Below are positions 24,034 to 37,590 of a DNA stretch of 64,000 bases, piece by piece. Within the stretch, counting starts at the first letter, position 1. Every line of letters starts with the position of its first letter. Under the pieces are notes generated by a model. The model searched no databases. It saw only the letters and a list, made by a program, of their open reading frames with translations, and was not told the DNA's origin. A program made the position numbers and the translations under genes. Source of the stretch: Camelus ferus (lineage: Eukaryota); the NCBI RefSeq assembly GCF_009834535.1, contig NC_045702.1:19096001-19160000 (forward strand), given 5' to 3'.

Positions 24034-24247
24034 CCAGCTTGTAATACGGGGCAGGCACAGCTCTTCTGATGGTGACAGACACAGGGCCCAGTGTACTGCC
24101 CTTGGGCACGATGACATAGAGAAGACCACCCCAGAGGCAGGCGACTGTCCGTGTGGTCCTATCCATGCTGCACTGGTAAGTCACCACGGGGGCTCGAGAC
24201 AGCTTGCTGGCGCTCGTCAAGTCATCGGTGTGGCAGCCAACCTGTAC
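24034..24247 (-). CDS. TCAF2: TCAF2 exon 5 (214 nt)
   Basis: ccag|GTA CAG GTT GGC...AAG CTG G|gtgagt; [22 protein letters not shown]...YYKL. Confidence 0.95.
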
Positions 24248-25236
24248 CTGGAGAGGGGATTCCACCACGTGTGAGAGGAGCTGGGTCTCTGTGCTGTGGG
24301 TGTGGGGTTGTGTGTGGTGCGATGTGGAGGGCACGTATGAGAAAAACTCCGGCTTCCCCTTCCTGTGAGCTGTGCATGCAAGTCTATGAGATTTTAGCAC
24401 TCCAAAAGGCATACGGACCGCAAGGTATGGAGAACCATTTTTCTGGGGATTTAAACAGCTCCACAGTGGACCATCATTGGGCGGACCAGGCATAACCCTG
24501 AGGCTGATATTGACCAGGGTCCCCGGTGCCTCTGCAGCAGGCGCCAGGGCCCAAGCCCATGTCGTTATTCTGATGCTGGGAGTGAGGCCTAGGGGCTCCT
24601 CATCCCCACTCTGTGTACAGAAAGGAGGCCCGTCCAGAGGCACTGGGGTCTGGGCTGAGCCAGGGAGGACTGGCTCTCTCCTCCCTCTCGGTCCCGGCCT
24701 CCCCTCCTGCTCAGATGGATTGAGTGTTGTTTGGTCTGGAGCCCTGGGGCTGCTTTTCGTAGGTTTAATGTAGGTGAGCTCAAGAAAGGAGACTGACACA
24801 GAAGAAACCCCAACTTGTGGTGGGAAGTGACCCCCCCAGAACGGAGGCAGGAAGAATTTAATTCTGCATGACGGCCTATTTTTGTGAGTGATGGGATTAA
24901 GTATACCCTTCAGGTGTCAAGGTAAAGGGGTTTTAAGACTCAGGAAGGCTGAGCTGGGAAATGAGTGAGACTCTGCACATGTGACAGGTGCTTTCTCCTC
25001 ACGTCTCTGTCAGGAGGTGGAACTCTGAGGGCTTGTGTCTGGGCCTGGATCTGATGTTAGGAGCTCTGGCATCTTCAGCCACTGGCCTGGGCTCCCTGTG
25101 ACTTAGCCGTTCCATCTGTGAAATCTGTGACACGGGCAGAACGATGCCCGGCACTCTTGGGAGCACGGCTGCGAGCTGGATGAGAATGCAGCAGCTCTGT
25201 GGCTCTGAGATGTGGCAGAGGGGGTTCTGGTCTTAC

Positions 25237-25334
25237 CTTCAGGCCAGCAGAGGCCGCAGCTTCAGACAAGGAGACTTCTGCATCTTGTCCATTATGGAGG
25301 TAGAGCCCTGTACTCACCCAGGCATCCTCGCTGC
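25237..25334 (-). CDS. TCAF2: TCAF2 exon 4 (98 nt)
   Basis: tctcag|GC AGC GAG GAT...CTG AAG|gtaaga; SEDAWVSTGLYLHNGQDAEVSLSEAAASAGLK. Confidence 0.95.
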
Positions 25335-25606
25335 CTGAGAAGAACCATAGGAGAGGCTGAGTTCTCCCCCGACCTGACTTCACCCCACCTGGAGCCTCAC
25401 AGTCCCTCCCAGGGCTACAGCCCTGCTCTGCACACCTCCGCTCATCCATGCTTCTTGCATGCATCCTTCCTAAACCCTAAGCAGAATCCCAACCCCAGTT
25501 CCCTTGAAAGTACCTGACAGAATGGAGCTGGCCTGCCTGAGCTTCAGTGTCTGCGTGCCCCGGGAAGCCTGCTAGCCACACCTTCCCCCAGCCCCGTCTT
25601 CCCTAC

Positions 25607-26598
25607 CTGGGTTGCTTCCATCGATCTCCACCGTGATGGGGTGATCTGAGATGGACAGACTGGGGCTGCAGGACCAGACCCCAAGCTCCTGCGCCAGCTG
25701 GGAGCAGTCATTGCCGGAGTGCGCCAGCTCTGTGGCCAGGTAGAGCACTGCCGCCTCGCAGGTGTCACTGGCAACTGGGTTTTCCCGGCTCACAGCTGGG
25801 AGGCCCGACAGGCGCAGAGTCTTCCGCAGGAGCCGGTGCAAGGACGCATAAGCAGGGACCCCCTTGGCCGGAATCTGGAGGAAAGCTGCACCATCGACTC
25901 CCAGTCTGGCTAGCCAGCTCTTTTCCAAGTTCCCACCCCCATGATTCAGGACAGCCTGGAATTCAGAGAGCGCCTTGCGGAAGTGGTAGCTCTGCTTCTC
26001 CGGGGAAGGGACAGGGAAGCAGCCTGGGTTCACTGTCTGAGCTAGGATACTGAGGCCAAAGCAGTTGAGGATGACGTTACCAGGGAAGCCAGCCAGAGCG
26101 GAGCTGCCTGGGTTCTCGGAGGCCCACCACCAGGCCTGGCCCCCGATCAGCAAGCCCCCACCCTCGGCCACAAACTCCTGCAGCTGCGTAGCCTCCTCGT
26201 CACTGTAAGCCACACAGCAGTAGACACACAGGTCTCCCGTCAGATGGGGCTCCAGACTGCATTCCAGGCCATGCTCTGATAGCAGGGCACACAGGTTTTC
26301 CAGACTTGTGTTCACCCCAACTTTGCCCGTCTGGCCTCTGGCCAGCCAGTGCACAGCATTGAGCAAAAAGGGCTCCATCTTGGGAGCACAGAGCATGCCT
26401 TCGTGGGCAGCTAAGACCACCCGGCCCCGGCCATAGCGGGCAGCTGCCAGGAAGCAGCCGAGCGAGGCATCTAAGCCCAGGGGGAAGGCCAGGGCCCCGT
26501 GCACCAGCAGCTGCGAGGGGATCACTCCCGTCTGGATGTCCAGCTCTGTGATCCCTTCCAGGAGCTGCTGCTGATCCTGCCGGGGATCCTCCCCACAC
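25607..26598 (-). CDS. TCAF2: TCAF2 exon 3 (992 nt)
   Basis: tgcag|G TGT GGG GAG GAT...AAC CCA G|gtaggg; open frame CGEDPRQDQQQLLEGITELDIQTGVIPSQLLVHG...ITVEIDGSNP. Confidence 0.95.
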
Positions 26599-27050
26599 CT
26601 GCAACAGGGACAAAGGAAAAGGAGCAGAGGAGCTGCAGTTAGTGAACCACTGAAATGAGTTCACTGAACAGAGAAATCTGTGTGGGTTCAAAGATTACAG
26701 AGTTCATGCCAATCTTATTCTTACTAATAACATTTGAGATTTTAGTATGTAATACCATTTATTGAGTGCAAGGCATATTTTTTTACCTTTTAAAACAATT
26801 GATGGCATATCATTTAATTGGCAGTTTCCTCTTTAAAACTAAAATTTAAAAAATTGAAATAAAATAAAATAATGGTGCTCCTTAAAATAAATGTCATAGA
26901 TTTGATGAAATGCTGAAGAGTGAGGTAGTGGCTTTATCTGCACATTTTAAAACCCACATTCCCCAAGTAAACACTTCCAGGAGTTTGTTCTTTCCATGTT
27001 AATCGACTGAGTGTTGAATATTCTGCCTTGAATTTCAAGTCTTTAAAGTA

Positions 27051-27499
27051 CAGGCATACCTCCTTTAATTGCACTTCGCTTTACTGAGCTTTGAAGATAC
27101 TGCGTTTTTATTTTGTTTTGTTTTTTTACAAAGTGAAGGTTTGTGGCAACTCTGTGTCGGGGGAATCTATCAGAGCTATTTTTCCACCATCATTTGCTCA
27201 CTTTGTGTCTCTGTGTCACATTTTGGTAACTGCATATTTCCAGCTTTTTTGTTATTACTATATTTGTTACGGTGATCTGTGATCAGTGATCTTGGTGTTA
27301 CTATTGTAATTGGGCATTTTTTTTAGCAATGAAATATTTTTACATTAAGGTAGTTCAGACATAATGCCATTGCTCACTTAAAAGAGTACAGTCTAGTGTA
27401 AACATAACTTTTATATGCACTGGGAAACCAAAAACTTGGGTGACTCGCTTTATTGCGGTAGTCTGGAACAGCACCCTCAGAATCTCTGAGGTGTGCCTG
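27051..27499 (+). mobile_element. Internally deleted Tigger1 (Tigger1a-type MITE)
   Basis: TIRs CAGGCATACCTC / gaggtgtgcctg, TA on both flanks; Tigger1-like 5' and 3' ends joined without transposase. Confidence 0.88.
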
Positions 27500-28798
27500 T
27501 AACTAAGCTTTCAGATGAATTAAGTTAGAAAAATAGATCTGTTATTCCTTTAAAATGTAGTCCTTCTTATACATTTCTCAGAGAAGCGTTTCTGTAAAAG
27601 AAGGCAGCAAAAAACATCAAAGCCCCCTCTCCACATGCTGCTTCTGATCTACTGTTTAATACTAAACTTGAAGATTTATACAAGCCAACTTAAAAAAAAT
27701 TCTCACTTAAATCTGATAGGAATATTTACTAATTTGTGTTGAGAAATGACCAAAATGTAATGAATTCAGAAATGATTTTGTATTTCAAGAATTTTTTAAA
27801 CCCATCTGTAGATACTTTAAACGTCAAACAATAGGAAATTGGTTAAATAAGGTATGGTTAACTAAATAACAAACCATGCACTAATTTAAATAATTATTAG
27901 ATATTATTAGTAAACGCTTAATAGAAAAAATATAAAAATCAGATTCCAAGATACTATGCTCTAAATAAGCCGAAGTTTGCAAACGAAACACTAAAAACAA
28001 AACCCACAAAACCAGACATAGAAACAGTATCTAAAGTACATTTATCAAAATGTCTTCAGTGGTCATGTAAACTAGTAGGGTCACAGATTAGCTTTATAAA
28101 CCTTACTGTCTCATAATAAAAATAAAAAATAAAAAAAAAAAAGACTTACTCATTCGAATAGCAAAACATTACCAAACTAAAGCCCCCTTGTAGAGTTTCT
28201 CCTTAGTTTCTCTTCAGCATGAAAACGAGGACATATCATGGTTTAGTTTTGTCATCTCATTTTCAAACTAACATGGCAAATGTCAAAAGGTTTCAGGCGT
28301 CAGTTTGGCCTGTAGCTTTTTTTCTCCCTTTAGAGACTTAAAGACTTATTTTGTGGAGTAATGATGTTGAGTTACAAGACTCAGCTTGTAGACTTAGCTC
28401 CAGGTGTTCTTGCAGAATCTTCTGACAGATAAGGTCTCAGCTAATGATAGGACATCTTTACTATGGAGAGCCACGTTAATGCCACCGGTGACCTGCAGTT
28501 TACACGCATGTGCTTATAAAACTGTCTCACTGCTGCCATGCAGCTGAGCCAGCCACCGGGGGGCTCTGGCTCTAATCAGGAACGATCTCGCCTCCCCTCC
28601 GGCAGGGCAGCCAGAAAAGCCTTCCTTCTCAAAGCCACCACTTCCTCATTTGTTTCTGGGAGAATTCAATAAAGATGACCTCCCTAAACTGGCTAACATA
28701 GTGCCTTCAACACATGTTAGTGAGTATTTAAAATATATAAACACATACAGAATATTTATCTGATAATTAAGCCCTTTGTATCTGATAAACAGGGACCT

Positions 28799-28935
28799 NN
28801 NNNNNNNNNNNNNNNNNNNNNNNNNNNNNNNNNNNNNNNNNNNNNNNNNNNNNNNNNNNNNNNNNNNNNNNNNNNNNNNNNNNNNNNNNNNNNNNNNNNN
28901 NNNNNNNNNNNNNNNNNNNNNNNNNNNNNNNNNNN
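28799..28935. other. Assembly gap (137 N)
   Basis: N run. Confidence 1.
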
Positions 28936-29275
28936 GAGGTCACACTGGAGAAGTCCTCATCCAGTATGCCTGGTGTCCTTATAATAAGGGGGGGGTCTGG
29001 ACACAGACACCAGCACAGGGAGAACACCATGTGAAGTGAGGACAGTGCTCAGGGTGATGCTTCCACAAACCGAGGGANNNNNNNNNNNNNNNNNNNNNNN
29101 NNNNNNNNNNNNNNNNNNNNNNNNNNNNNNNNNNNNNNNNNNNNNNNNNNNNNNNNNNNNNNNNNNNNNNNNNNNNNNNNNNNNNNNNNNNNNNNNNNNN
29201 NNNNNNNNNNAAATTCTGTTAAGTCAACCAGTTTGTGCTGCCTTGTCACGGCAGCCCTAGGATGCTGATAGGATC
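28936..29275 (+). mobile_element. MLT1-type MaLR LTR interrupted by N gaps
   Basis: gaggtcacactggag...ggtgtccttataa...ggacacagac...catgtgaag; 3' end gtcacggcagccctagga. Confidence 0.7.
29078..29210. other. Assembly gap (133 N)
   Basis: N run. Confidence 1.
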
Positions 29276-30149
29276 ACAGTTCTGAGCACTGATCCACGTA
29301 GAACACCCTCGGTGTAGGCAACATGTAAAACCAGTCTGGATGTATCCTAATATTCTGGACTTACTTTCAGAAACACCGATACTGAATCAGAAGGTTGCTC
29401 TGGGGTAGGAGCACACTCTGTTTGTCTCCGGTTCCAGCAGCACCCAGTGTGGTCCTGGTGGGGAGACACTACCTAGCAGCAGTAAGACACGCCATAGAAA
29501 CGAGGTGGCAATTATGTCACATTAACCTGCAAGGGGACTGGAGCAGCCACCCCAGCTGCACTGCCTCTCACCTCTTACCTCGGCTTCCTCTGCTGAAAAA
29601 AGGACTCACCCCCTCATTAAATATGTGAATACACGTGTGTATATGTTTGTATTTACATGTTTGTGTATACATATATACACATATGCACAGAGACCTGTGT
29701 GCACACACAGACATGTATAATACCTGTAGATGATTATATGGACGTGGGGAGAATATGGAAGCTAACACCCTGGGTTGTCAACACTGGTTCCCTGGGAAGG
29801 GCTGGTAAGATGGTGCACATGGTACCATGAAGGAAGAGCAAATAAAAACCCGGGATTTAGCCATACTGTGGCTTACTATTTACCAGTTGAAAACAACAGG
29901 TAGACCTAGGACAACTAACATGGATAGTTCAGGATGAATCCACAATAAACTGACAAGGGCATTCTGGATTGAGTGATGGAGAGAAGGGGCTGGTATTGAA
30001 AGAGATGCTTAAGGGGCTTTTGTCTTGTCAGTATTGTTTCTTTAAATAAGGAGAACCTATAAATACATTTCTCGGGTAATTAACAAATTTTAAATGTTAA
30101 AGTAACTGATGGAAAATAGAAATAAAAGCATAGTCTACAAATGTACTGG

Positions 30150-30760
30150 GAGAACTTAAGTAGAGAAAACTAGGTCAAATAGAGTAGAAGCCAAAAAAAA
30201 AAAAATTAAAAAGAAACAATTAAAAACAAAATAAGAAAACAAGACGACAAGAGTAATACATTTGAATTATCAGTATCTCTGAATGGATTACATTTTTATA
30301 TGAAAAGATAGATGCTCTCAGAATGGGCTGAAAACATCTAGGTACAAACTGCTTATAAAAGACACACTAGAAACTAAATGCCACACAAAGACTGAAATGA
30401 GAAAATCAACAAAGCTGTATCTGGAAAATACAACAAAAAGAAAGCAGAAGTGCCAGTATCAATATAAGATGCAGTTGACCTCAAAGAGGAAAGAATTAAA
30501 GATGACTATTTTCTATGAACAGAAGTTAAGCTTTCCAAATACACAATTTTCATTAACTTTCATGGGCCTAAAAACAAAGTGCTAAAAGCAAAAACTGCTG
30601 CACAGAAAATTAAAACTTGATGAATTCATCATCGCATTTGGAGATGGTAATGGATCTCTCAGCATCTGATGGACTGATTCAAAAATGAAAGGACAGAGAT
30701 CATTTGAGCAGAAAGACTGACAAGCTTGATCAGAACCAGAAGACAACAGTGCTGTATCTT
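30150..30760 (+). mobile_element. Old L1 ORF2 endonuclease-region remnant
   Basis: A-rich, aaagaaagcagaagtgccagtatcaatat-type L1M ORF2 5' sequence. Confidence 0.6.
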
Positions 30761-33700
30761 AGAATCTGAGGACGAGAAAGTGAGAGCCTACAATGCTGTA
30801 CTGTCAGTCTGTTTTGTAAACATAACAGAAGAATGAAGACATTCTGAAACATGATACATTAAAAAGAGTAAATTTTTACAACACACACACAGGCAGAGAC
30901 AAGCAACTGAGATGATTCGTATCAAACTTCTAAGAGTGTCTGCCTGAGTCCAGGGGATGAGCCCAGGAGTGGTGGTGTGAAGGGGCAGAGGCAATTTGCT
31001 GATCTCCTCTGTACATTTATGTATTGTTTGTATTTTTCGTAGTAAGTTTGAATTAACTTTGAAATATTTTTGTAAAGAGATGAACTGTTTCTCAAGATAA
31101 AAAGAAGAGAGAAAGAAGGGAGGGAAGAAAGGGGGAGGAAGGAAGGAAGGACGGATGAACAAGTCAGCATAGAAGATGGGATGCTAAGTAATTCTTAACA
31201 GATATTTGTATTTACCAATATTTAAAGCTTTTATAAATCTGCATTTACAATATTTAAGTCTGGATAATAACATAACGGAAGTAGCTATTATGTAATGAGG
31301 TTTAAGATATGCTAGGCATTTACACATACTGCTTATCTCTTTTATAGAACAAACCTGAACCTATTCTTGCTTTCATAGATGAGGCTTAGAAGAGTTGGGC
31401 AATTTGTCCCATGTTCCTTAGCTGATAACCAGCAGGGACAGGAAGCAAACCCAGGGTGGTTTGTCTCTAAAGCCAGTGGTGGTGTCCACACACTGGAAAT
31501 CTCACTCTATTACTGAGTCTTTCGATGAAGCCCACAGCAGCCGGGTGTGCGGCAATCAACAGGTATATTTTGTGCAAAAGAGGCTTTAAATTGACATGAA
31601 GGTGCGAATGATACTGTATTTATGCAAATGGAAAAGCATGTGTTTCTTCAGAGCTGGAAGTGCAAGAGAAGGCACTGAGGAGGGAAGGAAAGGAGAGATG
31701 GCGGTGTTTAGGTAACATACCAAATCACACCTGAGCAAACAGGTGATGTGGGCGATGGCTTTCTGGATGGAGACTTAAAACCTGGCATAGCGATTAATGA
31801 CAGCAATGACTGGGGAGTCCAGTGTGAAGCGAGCTGCTGGCATTGTCACCATGCCCTGGCCTTGTCTCCTCTCTCCCTCATGGTGGACACTTGACTTACT
31901 TCACCAGGCGTGTTTGGTTCTTAATTTGTTCTCTTCACTCTGAAATCCCCTTTTGCATGTCCTTCTGTCTCTCCGTTTATTTTACACATATCTTTAGGAA
32001 GTTCTGTTATGCTGTGAAGCATTCTCAAGGAATGAATGTGTATTCATTCATCTATTTATTCACTAATTACATAATCTACAAATATTCTATTCTGTTCACT
32101 GGGCCACATTTTTCTTCCAGGCATAATTGATTCTGTTGTCTTTCCGTACTAAATTTCTGTCTCTCTTACATTTCCCTTTTAAATTAATTATCGCCTTTTC
32201 ATATAGTTACTGTACAGATTGTTTTCACAATTGGCACGAGCAGATCTTTGCACATCCTGATATCGTATGGGTGAGCTCTTACCCAGGACCTGTCTGTATG
32301 TAGATACACACCATGTCCATTCACCCTGAAGTATATCGGGTCTGTATAATGCTGCTTTCGCCTTCTTGTCACCTGAGGTTTGTAGCACTAACTGAAGGGC
32401 AGAGATCATCTGGGGCCTAATACTGTCCTTGCTGGGGCCTCGTTCCTCCACTCTTCAGGGACCTAAATCAAGGCCGACGCCACCCACCCAGGCATGGAAT
32501 GCACTGGAGGGGTTCAACCCGACCCCTGTGCTTGGCAGATGGCAAACACCAGCGTCCCTTTCTGCCTCCACCTAATCCTGAAGGAGCTCGGCTGCTTTTA
32601 CACTTGTACTCACCCAATCTGCTCATTCTTGTGTCATGAGAAGGCATTAATGACACCTCTTGCATTTGTGGGTTCAGCTTTTTCCCTTTGGTTGTGCGTC
32701 ATGGGTAGGCACAGTGTCAGGAGAGGCCGCACACTGCACCACACCTCAGTCACCTGGCCCTCCCGCTGGCCATGAAGCCGCAGTACCTGGGATCAGCATC
32801 AAAGCCTCCACACTCAGCTGCTTGCTCACTAGTTATCATCCACTCAGTCAGACTTGGTGGGAGGGCAATTCTGGGATCTAGGCTCATTTCACACTCCCTC
32901 TACCTGGAAACTCTCTACTTAGGGACCTTGAATATGAAAACAGAACCATGCTGCTTACAAGCTGAGAGTCCTCAGACAAAGACCTTGCACTCAGCGGGGT
33001 TGTGGTGGGGATCGAGAGAGAGAACACATAATCGTCAAGAGAGGGATAAACCTAAGCGACTAGTATGTATTCACTTTTATATGAGCAGCTCCTAATATGT
33101 TCTGCACCTTGCGGGTCACACCCCGTGTAAGCATAATGAGCTGTTGAGCCAAGGTCAGTGTTTCCCCCAGACTCTTCTCTGTCTTTGGATCTGGCTTTGC
33201 ATATTAAAGTGTGGGCAGTGTATATAAACTTAGGTGTGCAGCCAGCTCTTGCCCGTGGGGATAAGACCCGTGAGAGGATCTTTTGTTGGTTTTTAGAGAC
33301 TGCTCCTTCCCTCGGCAGACAGGACAGTTCCCTTAAGGAGTTCCAGAGCCTCCCTCGGGGATCTTACATTAGCAAGCTTGTTTGATCAGCCCAGGAGCCT
33401 TTAACCCAGATTTGCTGGCAGGCAAGGTCACTGAAAACTTCAAAGGAGACATGCATGGAGGAGGCAGGCATCTGAGCTGAGGGCCTGGGCTCAGTGCAGG
33501 CCCTTTTAAGACTTTAGAGTTGATGGGGTTGGTCAGCTCCAGCTCAGTTTTGGGCTGAGGGTGGAGGCCCCCGGAACTCAGCACGTTCCATGACGTGAAG
33601 CTGTCTGTAGTCTTAACCCTGGTGTCACAGGCCACCCTTTCTCTCCTATGCTTTAGAATGTGTGTTCGTTCACCTATTTACTCATTAATTTATATGGTCT

Positions 33701-34133
33701 GTAACATCTGTTGCTCTCTGCTACGTTTCGCACACCGCGCGCTGAGAATAAAGCAGCACACAGCGGGCAGGGTCAGTGCACCCGGGGAGCTTCAGACTCC
33801 GGAGGGCTGGACACGCACTGGCATGTACGCAGACAGGGTATTTACAGATTGTGGTCACTGATGTTAAGGCAAGAGACGGAGAGAAGTGAAACTGGAAGTT
33901 TGGCCCTGGGGTCACTGAGGAAGGCTTTTCTGAGCAGGGTGTTTGAGCTGAAACTGAATAAGGACAATAAACTGGCTTTCCAAGAGCTGAGGGCAGATGC
34001 AGAGTGGGAAGAGAAATCCCCAAACCAAGCCTCAGACTTAGCTTGGCCATTGAGCTGCCAGGCTATTTTTTTGACTAACTGCATTTCTAAGTATCTTAGT
34101 ATTTTATAAGATAAGAAACTGTAAAGAAAAAAA

Positions 34134-34574
34134 TGTTGCCATTCCAGTTCTAAAGGGTCAAGCCATCAGCCACCACAGTCACCCACCTACAGGGCACCCT
34201 GAGAGGAATTCAGGATGGAGAAAACCCGAAAGCATTCCAGCTTTGGACTTACTGGCCCCTAGATAGTTAAGATGCACATCTAAGGAAATATTGGACATGA
34301 CCCCAGATTCTTGAATCTTCCCCGACAGAAAGGCACTCAAATCATTAGCTTGGGATGCCTGTTCTTTGTCATTAGCAGTAATCTTTTGATGTTCAAAGAC
34401 ATGTTTTTTCCCAGCAAAAAAAATTCATGTATATATCCTGGCGCCTCCCTGACCTCTTCAGAGCCGTTCCTCAGAGCTCTCTAGAGCCCATCTCCCAGGC
34501 TATAGCTCTCAGTAAGTCCCCAGATAAAACGTAACTCACAACTTTACGTTGGGGTGTGCTTCCTTCAGTTGACA
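34134..34574 (+). mobile_element. ERV solo LTR (probably ERV1 class)
   Basis: TGTTG...TTGACA termini, TATA-like tatatat at 34430, gataaa at 34523, LTR-typical size; family not determined. Confidence 0.65.
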
Positions 34575-36179
34575 AAACCTAACGTTGCACTTGCGGCCTC
34601 TGCACTGAGGGAGATTTCTAAAATTCCTTAAAGATGTGAATGGCTGATTTGTCAGTTACAGCCCCTCCTCAAAATACCCAAACCAGAAGATAGCTAAGTA
34701 CTCAACTAAAGGAAACAGCTAAAACAAATTATGGAACATATATTGTGGTTAGAAATTCGCCTTGAGAAGATGACTTTTAGAAATAGGAAAGTGTCTTTAA
34801 GCAAAAACAAAACAGTGGTACTATGTAGTCACAACTAGCAAAGATATATGACAGTGGAAGATGGGTGAAGGTAAAGATTTTGTTGGGGATGTTATGAGAA
34901 ACTAAAAATATTCAAATGCTTAATGTCATATTGCTATTTCAGTAAAAGTTTTACAAATAAGGAAAACTGATAATGTGAAAAAATTATTTTTATTAAAGTA
35001 TAGAACAAATACAGACTTAAATGCTACTATAATCCCAGTGCCTAAAATAGCATTTAGAATTTAATAGGCACTCAGTATATTTTAGTTGAATGAAAGAATG
35101 GTTATATAGATGGGCACTAGAAAGAGGGAAGGAAAACTGATATTTAAGAAGATTTGTTTCTTTATACATTTTGTTGCTGAATTAATGAAGCAATTTAAAT
35201 GATGTGAGGTCAGAAAAAGTATGATTTGAAGACCATTTTCCTACTGTTTAAGGGTTTACAAGAAGGCAGAGAAGTAAGGTAAAAACTTTTCCTCCCCAGG
35301 TTATAGATAGACAATTTGGAGATAACAAATGTTTAAAGATAAAAATAGTAAACATCCATCAACTTATCACTAGAGATACAATATTAATACTTTTCTTCTG
35401 GTGTTACGTATTTCACCTACATATGCACACATTTTGACATCATTTGAATTTAGTTTTATACCTTAATTTTGTCTATTATATTATGAATATTTTCTTAGTC
35501 CTTCAACTAGTCTTTGACACATGATTTTTAATGGCTACATAATTATTCACTCTATAACTCTAGGATATATCATAATAATTTAAGCAATGTTCCATTCATG
35601 GACACAGAGTTCTCCCAGTGTTTTAATTAATAGCAAAAATACTATTTAAACATTTTCTATCAAATACTTGCCTCATAGCCCAATTTCTCCTCCTGTCCAA
35701 TCCTTTTCCTTCCTTCCTCTCCCCTTCTGATGTTGACGTGGAGTGTATGCCCTGACAAACTTCCCACACACTGGTCTCTGTCTCTGAGCCAGCTTCCTGG
35801 GGAACCCAGTTCTGGGGAATTTGGTAGTCTTTAGCAAAATTACATTTGCATTTCTCCTTTGACTTGGCAATCCCATTTTCAGTGATATGGCAAAAATATG
35901 AAAATATACGCACAAAGGCATTTGTTACAATATATATGCAACAGTAAGAATACTAGAAAAATTTTTAGAAAAATACTTGAAATTTGAACGTCGGTCAATA
36001 AAGAACTGAGTAAACTATACTGCATCTATACACTATATATAAGAAAATATATAGTGCATATCTCTGTACTATTATAGAGCCACATCCAGGAAATCATTTT
36101 TAGTAGAAAAGTAAGGGGGGAGGAGAATACACATAGTACACTATTGCCTTATTCAGGAAAGAAAAGGACCCCAATGTGC

Positions 36180-36205
36180 ATGTGTGTGTGTGTGTGTGTG
36201 TGTGT
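36180..36205. repeat. (GT)n microsatellite
   Basis: Dinucleotide run. Confidence 0.9.
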
Positions 36206-37092
36206 ACTTATATATAAACAAATTTTTTAGAAGGGGAGTGAGGAAGGACATTATACGAAGGGGACAGGGCTAGAATATAGGCTCTTGAGATTTTACTTTG
36301 GATCCACATGACTATTTTACATAGCTATAAATTAAAATTAATTTGCAAAAGTATTTCTGAAAAGCACAAGTAAAATAACCAAACGAATCTCCATGTGTAT
36401 TTACTCAGTGGTAGAATCACAGAGAAGAACTATTCTAAGTGACTTTAAGGATGGTTATTTGATTTTAGATAACCTAATAAAATATGCCATAAGGATAGAA
36501 AGAACTAATAGAATCTTTAATTGTGCTGGTAGCAGTACATTTACTTTGCAGTTGTTATGTGTGTATTGTGGGATAAAGCAAACGAGTCATGATGTTGCTT
36601 TCTCACAGAACTAGGATTTTTCATCATGGGATAAAAGGAGACACAGATCTAAGGTTGCTGAAATTAAATAAAACTTTGTAGCTCCAAACCTGAACCTGAA
36701 ATATCAGTGTGAACTCTTGATGTATTTACTTTTAAAAATACTTATTTCCTAGCTCTGCCCACTCAAAACACCCAGAAATAATCAACCCAGCGGATTGTGA
36801 TTTCTAAATACCATTTTCCACTAAAAAATGAGGGCTTTTTGGAGAAATGGCTGATCTTGGGTCTGGGGCAGGGAATGTGTAACATGACACGGAAACTTCT
36901 CGTTACAGTAAAAATCAAGGAAATCTATTCAGGTTAGGTCAAAAAGATTCAGTAATCAACTCAAATAGGCTCACAATGACCAAACACAAGACAATTTTGG
37001 CATTGATAATGATAATAAATGAAACAACACATTTGTTATGTGGGTGTGTTTCAATCTGTGAGTTCATAATGATACTAAAAAAGTTTCAAACA

Positions 37093-37259
37093 AGGAGGGG
37101 AGGGTACAGCTCAGCGTTAGGAGTGTGTGCTTAGCACGCACTAGGTCCTGGGTTCAATCCCCAAGTACGCCGTTAATAAAAAAAGAAAACTAATTACCTC
37201 CTCCCAAAACAAAAACAAAACAAACAACGAAAGTTTAAAAAAATTTAAAAATTTTTTTT
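37093..37259 (+). mobile_element. Camelid-type tRNA-derived SINE (vic-1-like) with target-site duplication
   Basis: ggggagggtacagctcagcg (A box)...gggttcaatcccc (B box), A-rich tail; 13-bp TSD aaagtttcaaaca at 37080-37092 and 37260-37272. Confidence 0.85.
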
Positions 37260-37404
37260 AAAGTTTCAAACACAATGGTAACTGTTGGAATATACTAGGG
37301 ATCCAGCTCAGTATTTTGAAAATGTTAAAAGGAGTGGGGATGGGGAGGATCAAGCATGTATCTTGCCTTCCCTATGTAAATTATACCACGTGGTAAGCAA
37401 ATAT

Positions 37405-37590
37405 ATTCTGTCCTCGGTATCTGTACATCCATGCATTCCGCCAACCCTGTGTCCCTTCCAGTCTGGGGTTGCCTGAATTCATGGATGTGAGACCTGTGCA
37501 TAGGGAAGATGGACTGCAACTCTGCCACTTTATGTAAGGGACTATGTCTCCTCAGGTTTGGTATCCACAGGGGTCCTGGACCCCCCCCCC
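37405..37590 (-). mobile_element. MER2 (Tigger) fragment
   Basis: tcctcggtatctgt...tttatgtaagggact...ggtatccacaggggtcctgga. Confidence 0.6.

Noticed and set aside
23840-24799. 319-aa single-exon ORF
   Set aside because: Only the 214-nt exon 5 portion is TCAF-homologous; the rest is intron that is open by chance.
28767-29260. ORFs spanning N runs
   Set aside because: Artefacts of translating through assembly gaps within a MaLR LTR.
32188-32451. 87-aa ORF as a retrocopy or ERV fragment
   Set aside because: No recognisable protein similarity, poly(A) or TSD.
33190-33260. TATATAAA plus an octamer-like ctttgcat as an antisense promoter
   Set aside because: Short motifs expected by chance or from an LTR remnant; no downstream exon structure is evident.
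37097-37170. tRNA gene
   Set aside because: The A and B boxes belong to a SINE with an A-rich tail and TSD; there is no convincing cloverleaf.
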